Assembly: GCA_013239625.1 (NCBI GenBank)
Contig: MU053881.1
Location: 12,724,879-12,788,878, forward strand
Reading direction: 5' to 3'
Length of the DNA stretch: 64,000 nucleotides
Source: Lama guanicoe
Taxonomy: Eukaryota
Shown: one piece after another, positions 50,611-63,789 of the stretch
Position numbering within the stretch: position 1 is the first letter of the stretch
Layout of the letters: each line of letters begins with the position of its first letter
Notes under the pieces: model-generated
Database searches by the model: none
The model's input: the letters and a program-made list of their open reading frames with translations, nothing else
What the model was told of the DNA's origin: nothing
Made by a program: the position numbers and the translations under genes

Positions 50611-52455
50611 AAGACGAAACAGGATTTCAGGAAAAGTGCGTTTGTTTTCTTCGTTATTTTGTTCCCAGTACTTAGAACAACAAATGATAGATACGTTTCT
50701 GTTGGCTGTGGGCAGGTAAATTTCAAGAATCCAAGGCCAAATGGAGGGGCATAAACTCTCCTAAATAGAGAATAATTAGTACACCTACAATTTTTAATAG
50801 CCACATAGTCATGTTAGCAAGAGAAGAGAAGAAAAACACTTTCCCCCAACTAGGGGATTCTCCGAAAGACATAATCATTTTGGAGAATATATTTTCAAAA
50901 TATATTATTCTCAATGACTGGCCATAATGGTAAATGTAGTTGTCATGAGAACTTTTAAATTCTGAAAAATACGGAGGCTAAATACATGAACTTTGAAAGA
51001 GGGTTATGCATTTTTAAACCTAAGTCATGCCATTTATTAATCTTTTAAGCCTCTGATGACTGTTGACCTGATTTTTTTCTATATGACTTTTGAAAAACAG
51101 GAAAAAATGATTATTTCACTTAAGTGGGTATTTTCATAATTCCATTGTTCGTAAATGTCATGACTTGTCTACCAGGTTGGATGGGTATTCAGCACAGTTC
51201 ACCCCATTTTTGTGATGTGTCTCCAATCACCTAACTAAAATGAATACCAAACACCCTTAGTGTTAGTAATACGTATTTTAATAAATGTGTAAGTTTGCAG
51301 TTCTCACACTTCTCAAATTTAAAAGATTTGTGTGGTTGTTAAAACGTTTGGAAGAAAATAAGAATTATTTCCCCAAGAAATGGAGTGAAGAGTTGGAGTA
51401 GAGTCATGTTTCTGAGCTTTTTACGGAGTAGAAAGTTCTTAAAGTATGGAAACTTATTCTTTAAAAATAATATGATAAAACATCACACTATGTTATCGGA
51501 ATACTTGGAATAATGAGTGACTTTAAAATATATATATTTTTTACAGTTCTTTCACAAGTGTGGCCCAACTACAGAGGCAATTTTGAGCACCACCAACTCT
51601 CATGCTTCTCACCCATTGATATGAGTGTCCAAAACTCTTCTCTAACAAGAGGGGTCAGAATTCCTTAAGGGGTAGTGCTGGAAGAAAAAAGAGCTAACTT
51701 AAAGGGTTACCATTGACCAAGATACTTGAGCTCAATGTCAGTTAAAAAATAACAACAAAAAACACCATAGCTATTATGACTCATTGAAATAATTTTAGTG
51801 TAAGGTTCATATGTTCATAACAATACTTCAAACAGAAAAGAAAATATAGAATATAAAAAAGTTACATAGTATTAAAAAGGGTCAAACAGTATGACTTCTT
51901 ATGGAGGGCCCATTGGTTCTTTATAGCCGGCATCCATTCTTTTGGGACTGGCATCTGTTTTGATGAATTGGCATTTGAACTCTTCCAATTGCTAAATTTT
52001 AAATAATATCCCTTGTTTCAAATTTATTTTCATGAATTGGGAGATACAGATACATTTTATATATATAATGAATTATTCATACATGTATATAAATTACACA
52101 CATGTATGTATATGTGTGTATACATATATTTTTAAAACATTATATTCATTAGATATTTGTCTGTATATTATGTATAACAAAATTATTTTTCTGTCTGTAT
52201 AAGCAGTGAAGAATGAATACAGAGAGCTGTAAAATAGGAGTCCGTGAAATCTAAGAACTCTATTGTATGGGAAGAAATGAGAAGTTCCTACACAATTATC
52301 AAGTAGCAAAAGTTATACAGCCTGTCCTTGGATAATAAATTAGGCAAATTTCTCAAAAAAGACAGCTAACTGCATAGACTCAATCTCTTACTTTCTAGGA
52401 GATGAAACCTCTACGTGGCCCTGCTAATTACAATGTTATGTTAATAAGAGCCACA

Positions 52456-52518
52456 TCAACTCCTAAATAATTCTAACAGATCAGGTCAACTTCTGAATAA
52501 TTCTAACAGATCAGGTCA
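52456..52518 (+). repeat. 30-bp tandem duplication (2 mismatches)
   Basis: tcaactcctaaataattctaacagatcagg / tcaacttctgaataattctaacagatcagg followed by tca. Confidence 0.93.
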
Positions 52519-52816
52519 GTATAGCAAACTGACAGAACAATGCATTATGTCATGCAAACTTTGAAAGTTGGGCTTTAAAAGCCCATCTTACCCTTACAAA
52601 AGGGTTTCACAATGATTTTCCTGATAGAGATCTCAAATTAAGCCTATGTATTATTTCTGGATCACATAAAACTGGTTTAAAATAGAGACAAATTTCTTAA
52701 ACCTTTGCTGCTATCTTTAGGTTTGTCTTAGTGTAGAGCTAACGTGTATATACTTGTATTTGTGTGGTTTTGTCTACTTTATAAGGTTTGAAGCATCCAA
52801 AAGAATCAGGTACACA

Positions 52817-53301
52817 GTGGCAGGTAGAATAATGCCCCCCTGCCCCCAAAATGTCACTTCCTAACCCTCAGAACACGTGAATATATTACCTTACACAGAA
52901 AAGGGGATTTTGCAGATGTGATCTTAAGATAAAGACCTTGAGATTGGAGGAATATCCTATATTATATGGAGGAGCTCAAACCAGTCATGTCCTTAAGATG
53001 AGAGGACATTTTCCTGCTGTGGTCGGAGGGAGATGTGACTACGTAACAAGAGGCAGAGAGGTGCAGTACTGCTGGTTCTAAAGATAGCCATGGGACATGG
53101 AATGTGGGCATCCTCTAAAAGCTGGAAATGGGGAGGAAACAGACCCTCCCTGATAGACTCCAGAAAGGAACATAGCACTGCTGACAACTTGATCTTGCTC
53201 AGTGAAGCCGGTGTCAAGAGTTCTTACTGTCAAAACTGAAAGAGAATGTATTTGTGTTTTTTAAAGTGCTATGGTAATTTGCTGTACCAAAAATAAATAC
53301 A
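52817..53301 (+). mobile_element. MLT1D-like MaLR solo LTR
   Basis: gtggcaggtagaataatg..gtgaatatattaccttaca..gattttgcagatgtgat..ggaatgtgggcatcctctaaaagctggaa..ctccagaaaggaac..tggtaatttg. Confidence 0.88.
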
Positions 53302-53540
53302 TCAAATGTACAATATAGTTTAAATTGTTTAATGGAGGTTACTTAATTATGATTATATCCAATGATAAAATGCTTAAATAGTTTAAAGTTTTAATTTAGT
53401 CAGTGTTTATTACTTAGTAGATATTTATTTATCATTTGTTATTAGACATCTAATGTGCCTAATGATCATGGGTTCTAGGTGAAGAGTTAGCAAACAGAAT
53501 GTTATTAGGATGTTTATTTATTATTGCTTGCCTTTAACAG

Positions 53541-53578
53541 GGAGCTGCAAAAAAAGCAGATAACTCAGAAAATCATTG
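53541..53578 (+). other. Candidate 38-nt exon of an unidentified transcript
   Basis: ttattgcttgcctttaacAG acceptor and TTG|GTGAGT donor; two of three frames open. Confidence 0.35.
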
Positions 53579-53704
53579 GTGAGTGTGCAAGCCTGAATAA
53601 AAGGGACAGGAAAGAATCTAGGACTTCAGAATTTCAGGGTTAGAAGAGGATTGATTGGAAGTTGAGTCTCACTTCCATTGGGTAAAAGATAACACTGAGA
53701 TGGG

Positions 53705-53890
53705 CTTTGCATTACAAGTGCAAATTAGAACTCACGTGGTTTCTTTTGGTCAATAAATTGAAAGGGGAAGAGACATATGCTTTCTGCCAAATTCTCTCTC
53801 TCCCAGCTGTGTGATCATGTAAAGGTGGCGCTTCCATCCACCTGAGTCCTGCAGACACTCCATGAGGCAGAGGCCCCTCGCCGATATAGA
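53705..53890 (+). mobile_element. Old MLT1 (J/K-like) LTR fragment
   Basis: cacgtggtttcttttggtcaataaattg..aaggtggcgcttccatccacctgagtcctg..gaggcagaggcccctcgccga. Confidence 0.55.
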
Positions 53891-55249
53891 GCATAATCTA
53901 CCCTAGGTTTTTGGATAGTCAGCTTCACTAATAGTTCAGAAAAAACTCCTGGATGTGAGTTTTTATGGTTATAATTGTTACAAGCCATAATTCCATCCTT
54001 GAACAAATCACTGCTGTAGAAAGAATAAAGTATGCTGAGTAGTTGAGCCACAGGGCACAGAACTTTCTTGGACAGGAGGCTTATTATCAGATCACCATGT
54101 CTGCGGTGAAAGGAAAGGAGTCGGTTTTCACAAATCTGGCATTTAATAGATGTTCTGTTTACAGAATAGAAGAGGGATAGTAAAATTAGCACCTGTCTGA
54201 TCCACCAGTAATTCCACATCGTCTGTATCTTCTATACCTAGTTCTGTTTTCTTTGGATTTTATAGGATATACCAATATTCTTCAAATGTGAAAAAAATGC
54301 AATTGACTTCTAGTCACTGTCAACGTGACAGACTAACCTAAGTCCGAACTCTGAATTCTCAAATTAAAACTCATCAATTTAGATGAATATGCTCTAATGT
54401 TAAGTACTACTGGTTCTCACTTCATAAGCTTTAGGATGTAGAAGAATCTCAGAAAATGACTGTACCACATGAACACAGATTGCCTTCAAAATACAGAATT
54501 TATATGGGGGCTTCTTCTAAAATTTCTAAACATTTCAAATACTCCAAAAAGCCAGTTCCTCACCACTTCCTAGCTTATATTAACTCTGAAAAATGCCAGT
54601 TAGTTTGCATATTGTAACTGCGAACAATACCATCTTTGGATTAATTTTCTTGTTTAATGTAGTGGTGATTATGGATTGTGTGCTGAAACTTCACACTTCT
54701 AGAAAAAAAAATCGTATTATAAAGAAAACCTAGGATTAATGTCTAAATGTACTTTTTTCATCTCTTCCAGCCCAGTCCTGAAGTGATCTGTGTTTGGAAT
54801 TTACCCCCTATGATAAGAGCTACAATGTGACTTTAGAATAAACAAAAGGCCATCCAAACAAGTTGATTTTATTGCATTGATTTCAGCAGTGAACCATGTA
54901 ATTTGTTTCCCTGCCAACAATATTTGGTTTGGTTAGGCTTGCCAAAGGATGAACTCAGTAAGATCCCTTTTTTGGGTAGAGGAATTTATTTAAAGGATGG
55001 AGAGGTGTCTTTTAACAGCTAACCTTAAATATGGCTTTCCTCTGCATTCTGCACAGCCAACTGTGCAATTACATTGCTTTGATAATCCGAAGAGGCCAAA
55101 GGAGTTTTGCTCCAATGCCTTGGCTAATCGAGAATGGGATCTGAATGCTCCTGAATTACAGCTGTTGTCCAAACTGGATTAAAAAATGCATCCAGGAGGT
55201 GTACATTTTACACTAGCCTTCTTACTGACAACTTGATCTTCAGTTCTCC

Positions 55250-55840
55250 CCTGCTTAGCTCCAGTCTCCATGTTGCAGCTAAAACAAGAATGGAACTGTC
55301 ACACTTCTGCCTGAAACATTTGGGTGGTTCCTTATTGCCTATGGAATGAAGGTTTAGATCTTTCAGTCTTCTGTGTCCCAGTCTCCATGTACTTCTTGGC
55401 CATTTTTCTGCTGAAATAATACTACGTTATCTTGAATTCTTTGCATACTCTGCATAGTTTTACTCCTCTGTGTATTTGCTTACATTACTCCTACCTGGAG
55501 TGCCCTTCTCACCCTTTTTTCAATCAATCTCATTCTAATTCTTCCTTCAAGATTCAGGTCAAATGTCATAACCTCCAGGTAGCTTCCAGTGAGCCCTTTC
55601 TTTGTGCTCTTACAGCAAAAGATCAGTACTTATCCCATTGTATTGCGACTTTTCTATTTGTATCTCCATCTCTGGATGAACTCCTTGAAGAACCTGACTG
55701 TTTTGAATGTATCCTTCACACCCAGCTCTGCTCCCCAGTAACTCCTCCTGCTTATGCTCCACTCCTGCTCACACGCATCTACTCTAGCATAGAACCTGGA
55801 TATGAAAAGTGCTCAATAAAAATTTGTTGAACTGAATGAA
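55250..55840 (+). mobile_element. L2 LINE 3' region
   Basis: ctccatgttgcagc, gtggttccttattgcct, cctggagtgcccttc, ccttcaagattcaggtcaaatgtca, tagcatagaacctgg..gtgctcaataaaaatttgttgaactgaatgaa. Confidence 0.88.
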
Positions 55841-56719
55841 ATACGTTTACCTTAAAATATCCTAGAAAAGTAACCAAAGCACTGGAATTCAAGGACTGAT
55901 TTAGTCAGTTCAAAAGGAAATGTAAGAACAGCCCTAATGAAGTTAGATTCATGGATTTGATGCTTATCAAAATCCGTTTTCTAACTATAAGTGACTAGCT
56001 CTGTGGGTCTTTGAAAATATGTTGTTGGTCAGGAACATTCTATCTTCTCTCGTGGTCAAGTTTCTATTCTTCTTTTAATTCTCAGTCTAAGTAGTATCCC
56101 TTTGGGAAATCTCACGTCCTCTACGTATCTTTTCATGCTTTTTTCTTGCCCTCATAGCTCACTGCATAAAGAACTCTAATACTTAGAATATTATATTGCC
56201 ATCACTTACTCATCTGTCTCTTTGCACTTTCTTTAATTCACTTCTCCTTGGGGGCAGGATTTTTCTCCATTATCCCTATACTCCCTTCCATTCATTGTTT
56301 CTGTTTTTATTTTTTCTTTTTCAGTTTTATTAGAATTATTACAGTTTGCTTGCACATATACATTATATTGCATGTAAATACATATATACAATATGCTACA
56401 CTTTTTTTTTAGTTTAAATATATGTGCTGATCGTTGTTTCTAAGAACAGATTAGAGCTTTAGCGTTTTAAACTTACATAGTTATCAAAGGGATAAAGCCA
56501 ACCATCCATTGTTTAATACAGTGTTACAAATTGGGTATTGGTAACCATTTAATTTCATTGTGCTGGTCTCAGCCACCCTCTCAGAACTGTGCTCCATGAG
56601 TGATAAGGAGGATTGAGACTTAGAGTACAACTGACAGATTATCTCCAACTAGAACAAAAACTCTTAAGTATATGATGCCTTCAAGGACAGCAAACAACAG
56701 ACTCTGATACCAACTTCTA

Positions 56720-57475
56720 GCACATGCGTTGTAGAGTCTAGAGACCTATTTTTAACCCTCAGTTTCACCACTTAATTAAGTGGCCTTGAGTAATTTACTT
56801 GACATCTCAGAGACTCTGTTTTCTCATCTGTAAAATGGGTTCCACTCATAAAGTTTAGTCCGGCCTCTTTTGGCTACTCATGTCAGGAATCCAGCTCCAA
56901 CTACATTGGCCAGAAAGGGGGATTGGTTGGTCATCTAATCAAAATCCAAGGGTACTTCTGGCTTCAAAAGATGTTACTGAGATAGTGTTTCTCTTTTCAC
57001 CTCTTGGCTTGCTTGTTCTCTGCTCAGCTTCATCTCATAATTTCTCTGGATCAGGAGAGAAGGCCTCTCTCATCTCCACTTCTATCACCACAATAGAAAG
57101 CCCAGAGGAACTGTTGCTCACAGAGGTCTAGGCAGTTATCTGTTTGGATCTGCTTGGCTTATTCTTGTGGTCAAGCAAATGAAGGTATTCTCGATGGCCA
57201 GTTTAGGGTTTGTACTCCCTCCCTTTGGTTGAAGATGGTAGGGCACCATGACTGAACACATCCAGAGAACCACACGGAGTATAGGAAGGATATCCCAAGA
57301 GAACTATAGGAAGGGAGGGGTCATGCTAGACTGACACTATTACATTTTTTATTCAAAAACATCTTATTAAGCTCATCTCTCAAAAAATTGTAAGAATTAA
57401 AGATAATTGATGTAAAGTAGTTAGGGCACAATTTAGCAAATAGGAAACACTCAAAAAACAGTGACTATTATTACC
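56720..57475 (+). mobile_element. MIR split by an old LTR
   Basis: 5' half to ..ctctgttttctcatctgtaaaatggg (~56839); 3' half ..ttgtaagaattaaagataattgatgtaaag..actattatt from ~57370. Confidence 0.7.
56850..57340 (-). mobile_element. Old MLT1 (K/L-like) LTR
   Basis: Sits between the two MIR halves; cttttggctact..ccaactacatt..aaagggggattggttgg, gatggccagtttaggg motifs. Confidence 0.5.
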
Positions 57476-57569
57476 ATTAGTTAATTGAACCAAAGACGTT
57501 AGGTTACATTCCTAATAATCCCATACCTGCTATTCATTTACCCTGCAAAGTTTCTGAGCTTTCTGTGAG

Positions 57570-58043
57570 CATAAGAAAGAATAAAACAATGCCGTCTGCA
57601 GTAACATAGATGGGCCTGGAGATTGTCATTCTAAGTGAATTAAACCAGAAAGAGAAAGAAAAATACTTATGATATCACTCATGTTTGGAATCTGAAACAA
57701 ACAAACAAACAAACAAAACTCACAAATGAACTTACTTACAAAACAGAAACAGACTCAAAGACACAGAAAACAAACTTATGGTTATCGTGGGGAAGGGGAT
57801 GGGAAAGGATAAATTGGAATTTCAAAATTTGCAGGTACTAACTAATATATATAAAATAGATAAACAAGTTTCTACTGTATAGCACAGGGAGCTATATTCA
57901 ATATCTTATATAGTAACTTATGAAAAAGGATGTGAAAATGAATATATGTATGTACATGTATGACTGAAACATTACTCTGTACACTAGAAATTGACAACAT
58001 TTGTAAACTGACTAGACTTCAATAATAAACAAACAAATAAATA
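57570..58043 (+). mobile_element. L1 3' fragment (lineage-specific)
   Basis: cctggagattgtcattctaagtga..cagaaagagaaagaaaaata..aaacagaaacagactca..tgtatagcacaggga..gtaaactgactagacttcaataa with (aaac)n runs. Confidence 0.92.
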
Positions 58044-58104
58044 AGTAGATATTCCTTCATTGGGAGAGGAGGGGGAGAAATTGAAATTGAAAATAGATAA
58101 ATAT

Positions 58105-58273
58105 ACTGGGAAGAGGGGAAAATGGGGATTTGCTGTACAATGGGTGTAAAGTTTCAGTCATGGAAAATGAAAAGGTTCTAGGCATCTGCTGTGCAACTTT
58201 GTGCTTGTAGTGACAACACTGAACTTTGTTGAGCGTGTAGCTCTCATGTTATGTATTCTTTAGCACAATGAAA
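58105..58273 (+). mobile_element. Older L1MA-like 3' end
   Basis: ggggaaaatgggga..caatgggtgtaaagtttcagtcat..aaggttctaggcatctgctgtgcaac..ctcatgttatgtattctt..cacaat. Confidence 0.85.
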
Positions 58274-61234
58274 GATCAATATATCATAGTTTATCTAATA
58301 GACACATACACATACGCACAAACATACACACACACACAAAAGTTTGACTTCTAAACTGGTGACATATCTTGGTAATGTAACTGTTTTAAAATACTTTTTG
58401 CCACTCAGATTTGAGGACATGAGTCAGCTTTACTTTTTTGAAAACTCTGAAATAGCAACAAGAACAATAACAACAAGAATAATTGTAAAGCCTGTCTTCT
58501 CTTTGCACCAAGAAATTTCCAGGTTTTTTTTTTTTTTTTAGCCCCCATAGCAGTAAACGAATGAAATCTCAATATTTTGGTGTAAAAGTGATTCTTGCTA
58601 GGAAGCCCTGCCATCTTGGAAGCAACCTGTCCTTATAGTGTCCCCACGTGCATTTAATTCTCGGTAGAAAGGTCATAGGGCTGAAAGTCAAGATGGCACT
58701 CCGTTGTGCCCAGGCACGATGAGGAGACACTCCTCTGAAGAGGCTTCTGCGTTGGTCCCCTGGCTGGCTTTCGTCTGACTGGGAATCAGTGTCCTAGAGA
58801 TCAAGAAGAATCTGAAAGACTTCAGTGAAATGTAAATTCTGGGAGGAAGGTAGAGGTCTCAAGGCTGGTTCCGAACGCTGGGGCCCTCTGTGCAGCAAAG
58901 AAACAGTCGACCGGTCAGAAGAGCACGTTTTTAAAATGGGCTCCCACTTCCATCTGTGACTTGGAGATCGATACTTAACATGCCTTTTTTTTTTTTTTTA
59001 AGTTTCCACGTTTCTAAAACGGGACAAGCTAATTGCTAGTGCTAGAAAAGTAGATAGTGCTTTTAAATATGCACTCTGGTATTTCCTTGGAGGCCTTCTG
59101 AAAATTTTGGATACCTCTTAGGTAGCTCATGAGTTAAACAAATAAAAAACTGCAATAATGCTGCATTTTTTGTTTGATAAAATTAGATAAGACAATTGCT
59201 AATAAAACTCATACTTCAGAAATCCTAAGACAGCTAATAATACCAAGTTATGAGGAACTTCCTGCCAGGACATTAAAACCTTTATCAATTTTAATCAACA
59301 TTTAATCCTTTGAATTTTGTTAAGTCACAGAGCAGATATTAGAACCCTGATCTTCTCTCAACCTTTTTTTCCTCCATATGTTACTCTGCTCACTCTATCC
59401 TTGAATGAGGAAATAAGTCATGAAAGAGAAACAAGATGAGAGTAATAGTAGAAATTAGACTATGTTATAAATGGATCAAGAGGAATGAAAGCCCCTTGGG
59501 AGACCAGAAAGATATCGGATGTTTTCCTGCTGTGCATGGAATGGATTAACCTTATCTGGATATTACAAGTGAGACCCTCAGAGGCCAGAGGACTTTGAGA
59601 CATCTGGGTTACACTGAGTTTTTTTTGTGACTGGTGTGTCTATATAAATGATACTTCATTCTTACTTTTGACGCCTCCCTTGATGATTTCCAGGCACCTG
59701 TTCTTTGCATCACTAAAGGATGTGGGACTCTTTCTACAATTTCCCCGAACCTGGGCTTACTTAGTGGATTTCAGCCCTGTGATTTGGCACCGTGGGGGTT
59801 TGCCTGGTAGGCCTGCCTGGCAGAGTATGTCCATTCCAAAGTCCTGCACCACATAAATGTGCTTCGATGATACTTGCCCCTTAATTTGGCAGTTCAGAGC
59901 ATCGCAGCTGAAGGGAGGAAATCAACCCAAGCAACCCTGTCTTTTGCCTTTTCTTAGACAGGTTTCTTACACTTTCTTTCTTCCATTTCTGATTTCTGCT
60001 ATTCAGATTGATATTCTGATGAGCACAGACTCAAGAGGGAACAGAACTGCAGGGCTGCCTCCTTTGATGCATATTAGTCACCTCTGTAAAAACGAGCTAG
60101 AAAGTGCTGAGGTTCCAAAAAATTGGAAATTATAATACGCAGCTTACTGAGTCTACCAGCACTATGATAGTGTCTTTATGGTAAGCTGTTGATCACTTGG
60201 TTTAAAAGGAACCGTGCTAAATCTGTGGTTCAGTTTGTGGCATTGCCTAAAAACAAAGCTCTGCAAGACACGAACAGTGGTTGTTCCAATTGCTATTTTT
60301 CCCCCTGTGTTTTAAACTACAGAAACATGACCAGACCTAGTTTGTATTTTTGCTTTGGAACTGCTGTTTATCATTTGAGTGACTCAACACAAGTCATTGG
60401 AGCTGAATGTATCATGTCATGCAGTAAAAATTAAAATACACCTTATTGTTTGATGGGAACATGCAGTTCCAAAAAAAAACCAACTAGGGTAAAAAAGACC
60501 AATTTATGATTTAAATGATAGGATGCTCATTAGGTAACTGCTGCATGAATAAAACACATTAGTTCAAGGATCAGGAAAAAGATAAACAGATGGTGCTGTC
60601 AGGCCTTCACCACATTTTGATGGTCTCAGTGCACATGCAGTTAAAGAGGATTTTATTAATATTGTCCTACTTTTAGTATAATGGCCGTACCATCACAGTG
60701 AAATCTATAAAGCCCACTTTGTAACAGAAACCTGGTCAAGGGGATCGGATCCCTTTGGCTATTCATTTGGAGACAAATCCTTACCACTTCCACAACCATC
60801 AAACTGAAGACACTAGAGATTCTTTTTTTTTTTTCCTTCTTCTTCTGACTTTACGCACATAGATTCAAGTTTTACTTTTTCTCCCTCTGTTTTCCTGAAG
60901 GTATGTTCCTTAGGATTCTTAGGGTTTTCTGTATCTTGGTGCTAGATAGTTTATTTGGTCATCTACTAACACTAAATTCTGAATCTAAGGAATTCTTTTT
61001 AAGGCTGTTTTTCAGCTTGAGGATTTTCTCATTTGCCCAGTGCTTCTGTGATCTGTTATTAAATCTATTATCCATGGCAGTAAGTGTTTACTTATACCTA
61101 GGGTTTGTATGATTTTTCTAGGTATTTTTAATACCCCATTATTGATAATAGTCAAATCTATGCCTCATTGACTGCCTTTCGTATTTGTTTGCACTGTAAA
61201 CTCTAAGTTATTTTTATATATTAATTAATTGCTA

Positions 61235-61385
61235 AAACTTTTATGAGTAGATGGTGTTAATTCCATTTTAGAGATCACGAAACTGAGAATCAGAGAACTT
61301 AACTGACTCTCCTAAGCTCACACAGGTAGAAATACACAGAGCCTTAATTTAAGCCAGCTCTGTCTGACTCTCCCGTTATTGTCTT
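61235..61385 (-). mobile_element. MIR remnant
   Basis: ccattttagagatcacgaaactgagaatcagagaacttaactgactctcctaagctcacacag..tgtctgactc. Confidence 0.8.
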
Positions 61386-61574
61386 TCTGAAATAAAACAG
61401 TCTAAGGAAGCATTTTGAGTTCTCCTACAACATTTTGATTCTATTTTAAAACTTGCTATTTCCCGGGTATATTTTTACGTTGCTGTTTTGCTGTTTTTCT
61501 GATATGTTTACATTGGTTTTGAATAATTGGTCCTCAGTACCTGAACTAGTAATATTCTGCCTTTGAAATCCTGT

Positions 61575-62033
61575 TGTCAGTCAAGCTGGACTCGCGTGTC
61601 CTCTTGTTGAGTTGAGGTGGAGATGGCTAAGTGACAACCCAAACCCTTTCTCCTTTTCTTTGTCAGTAGAAGCCACATATGGTGGTTACCCAGACAGGGA
61701 CCACAGTTTTCAGCCCCTTCGGCATCTAGAGGCCATACACGTAGTTTTCATTAATGAAATGTGGAGTGGAGTTGCTGGGTGCCTCTTCTTGGTTATGGCC
61801 TTTAACAAGCAGGTGTGCTCTTAACCCCTTCGACTGGTGAGGAGCGGGCACAAACAGGGTTCTGTACGTGACAGAGTGGAAGAACTAGGGGCCCCAGATC
61901 ACTTCTCATCACAGAGAAGCGCCACCTGCCAACATCCCCTGCTTGGCCCTGAGAAAGAAATGAGCAACTGTTGTGCTTGCAACATTAGAGTTTGGGGTTT
62001 GTGTTCAGAGTGTTTTAGTCTGACATTACTAGC
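61575..62033 (+). mobile_element. Old MLT1 (H/I-like) LTR
   Basis: gaccacagttttcagccccttcggcatctag..taatgaaatgtggagtggag..tgagaaagaaatga..tttggggtttgtgtt. Confidence 0.6.
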
Positions 62034-63149
62034 ATTTCTGCATCAGTAAAGTGGGTTCTATTTTAAAATAGTCATAGTGGAATAACGTTCTGTATTATCT
62101 TTCATAGAACATGCTCAGAGACTTAGATATTCTTGCAAGCTACGTAGAAATCATCTTAAGTTCTCTTACGGCGTGGATTTAGGTTTGGGTTGTGAAGTGT
62201 GGCCTGCATCCTCAACTCAGACTGTTTTCTGCTTCAAAGAGCAGAGGAAATTTTGATCACACTCTTCTTTATCATGTTATGGTCCATGGTGTAATGAATG
62301 GATGTTTATTAAAGTCTCGGCATGTGCTTAATCACTGAGCCTGAGATGTGCTTTTCAGTGGATCCACCTGAAGGAAAAGACACTTCTTTTTACACATGTC
62401 CCCTAATACTAGCCAACATGTTTTCTTTCACAACCAGATAATTTTGTTCTTTTAAAATTCCTATCGGTCTTTGGAAATTTAATTTTTCATAATGCATAAA
62501 AGCTATCTCACTACTACAGATGTCTCCGAGAGAGAAGCTTCTGGTCAGGCAGATCCTGAAAGGAATTCTACGTGAAGCCTTGTATTAGGAGGTCTGTCAC
62601 TTCAAGGAGTCTTTGGGCAAGATTCAACCTCTTCTGCTTTGTGTACATCAGAAGGGCAGTCTCTGATTCAGGCATTCTGAGCACATGTTAAGAGAAGTTA
62701 TTTTCAGGCAGGTTCTCCAGAGGTCAGGGGAACAAAGGGCAACTTTCAGCTTTTGTTCGAATTTAGTCATCTGTTGTTCAGCCAGTTTCACTCTGCAGTG
62801 CTGGCTGTGTGTCCACAGCCTTCAGCTACCGCCGTCCTCCGGCAGTGCTGGAGAGTCGTGTTTGAAGAACGAGTTGTGAAAGCTTAGGAAATTAATCTAC
62901 CTAAAGGCTGGACCAAAAGCCTTTTGCTAGAGAACAGCTTTCCCTTTAAAAACCAATTATCGAACTCGCAGAGCTGAGCAGAAGCTGAGCAGGCCGGGGG
63001 GGGGGGGGGAAAACCGGCTCCTTTTCCTCAAGCCACAAGAGGTTTTTGCAGACATTTCTCCGTCATTTCTTGGCAAGGCATGCCAAGCATGAGCATGCTT
63101 TATTATTTTATTTTTCTCTATAAGAAGTGGTTTTGGGGTTTTTTTGTGG

Positions 63150-63352
63150 TCACTAAAGTTAGACTAGGTTGGGTTCCAATTCCAGCCCTGAGGTTTTCTA
63201 GTTCTGTGGTCTTGAGTCTCAGTTGACTCACCTGTAAATTACAGGTAATAATATTCATTACAGTTACTATGAGGAATATATGAGTTACTGCGTGTAAAGG
63301 GTTCTACTCAATTTTTTTTTTTTTTGCGTATAGCAAATGTTCAGTAAATATC
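63150..63352 (+). mobile_element. MIR SINE
   Basis: tgggttccaattccagc..tagttctgtggtcttg..tctcagttgactcacctgtaaa..taataata..tgttcagtaaatat. Confidence 0.75.
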
Positions 63353-63789
63353 AATCCTTCCCATGTTCTTAGTGGTGGCTGTTGATGGCAAGTGTATACC
63401 TTGGTGAATTTCCCCTTTTCTTCTGATTAGCACCCTCTTTTCCTTTAGAAGTTGTAATGCATTTAATCCAGCTTTGTGTCACTGAGAGCATTTTATATTG
63501 TTGGCTAGGCTCTCTCATGCTCTTCCCTGATGCCTTGTTTCGTAGTTAGCCAGGTGATCCCATTTCCTCTCCTGTCCAAGCTCTTTGTAAGGGGACAGTA
63601 CTGTCATACACATTTGATTGAAAAGAACTAAATGTTTCTTAAATGGTAGCAATTGAATACCATTTTTCTCCTCCAATTTACAGTAGTTATCACTATAAAA
63701 GTGGCAAGGAAAGTTCAGTTAAATGAAAGTCCTGGTGAAGTATTCTGTGAAGTAGTTAAAACTCTTACAATATTGAAAGAAAAAATAGT

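Noticed and set aside
2370..51784. Scattered TGACTCA AP-1 motifs (e.g. ~2370, ~13464, ~39238, ~51777)
   Set aside because: A 7-mer is expected several times by chance in 64 kb; no clear clustering
53815..54219. 134-aa minus-strand ORF
   Set aside because: Partly overlaps an MLT1 fragment; no recognisable motif or splice context
55432..55830. 132-aa ORF
   Set aside because: Inside an L2 3' region; not a recognisable protein
12385..63008. Short microsatellites and homopolymers: (TG)/(TC) 12385-12446, (CA) 32174-32190, TA/CA-rich 35030-35095, G-run 62996-63008
   Set aside because: Ordinary simple repeats with no higher-order structure
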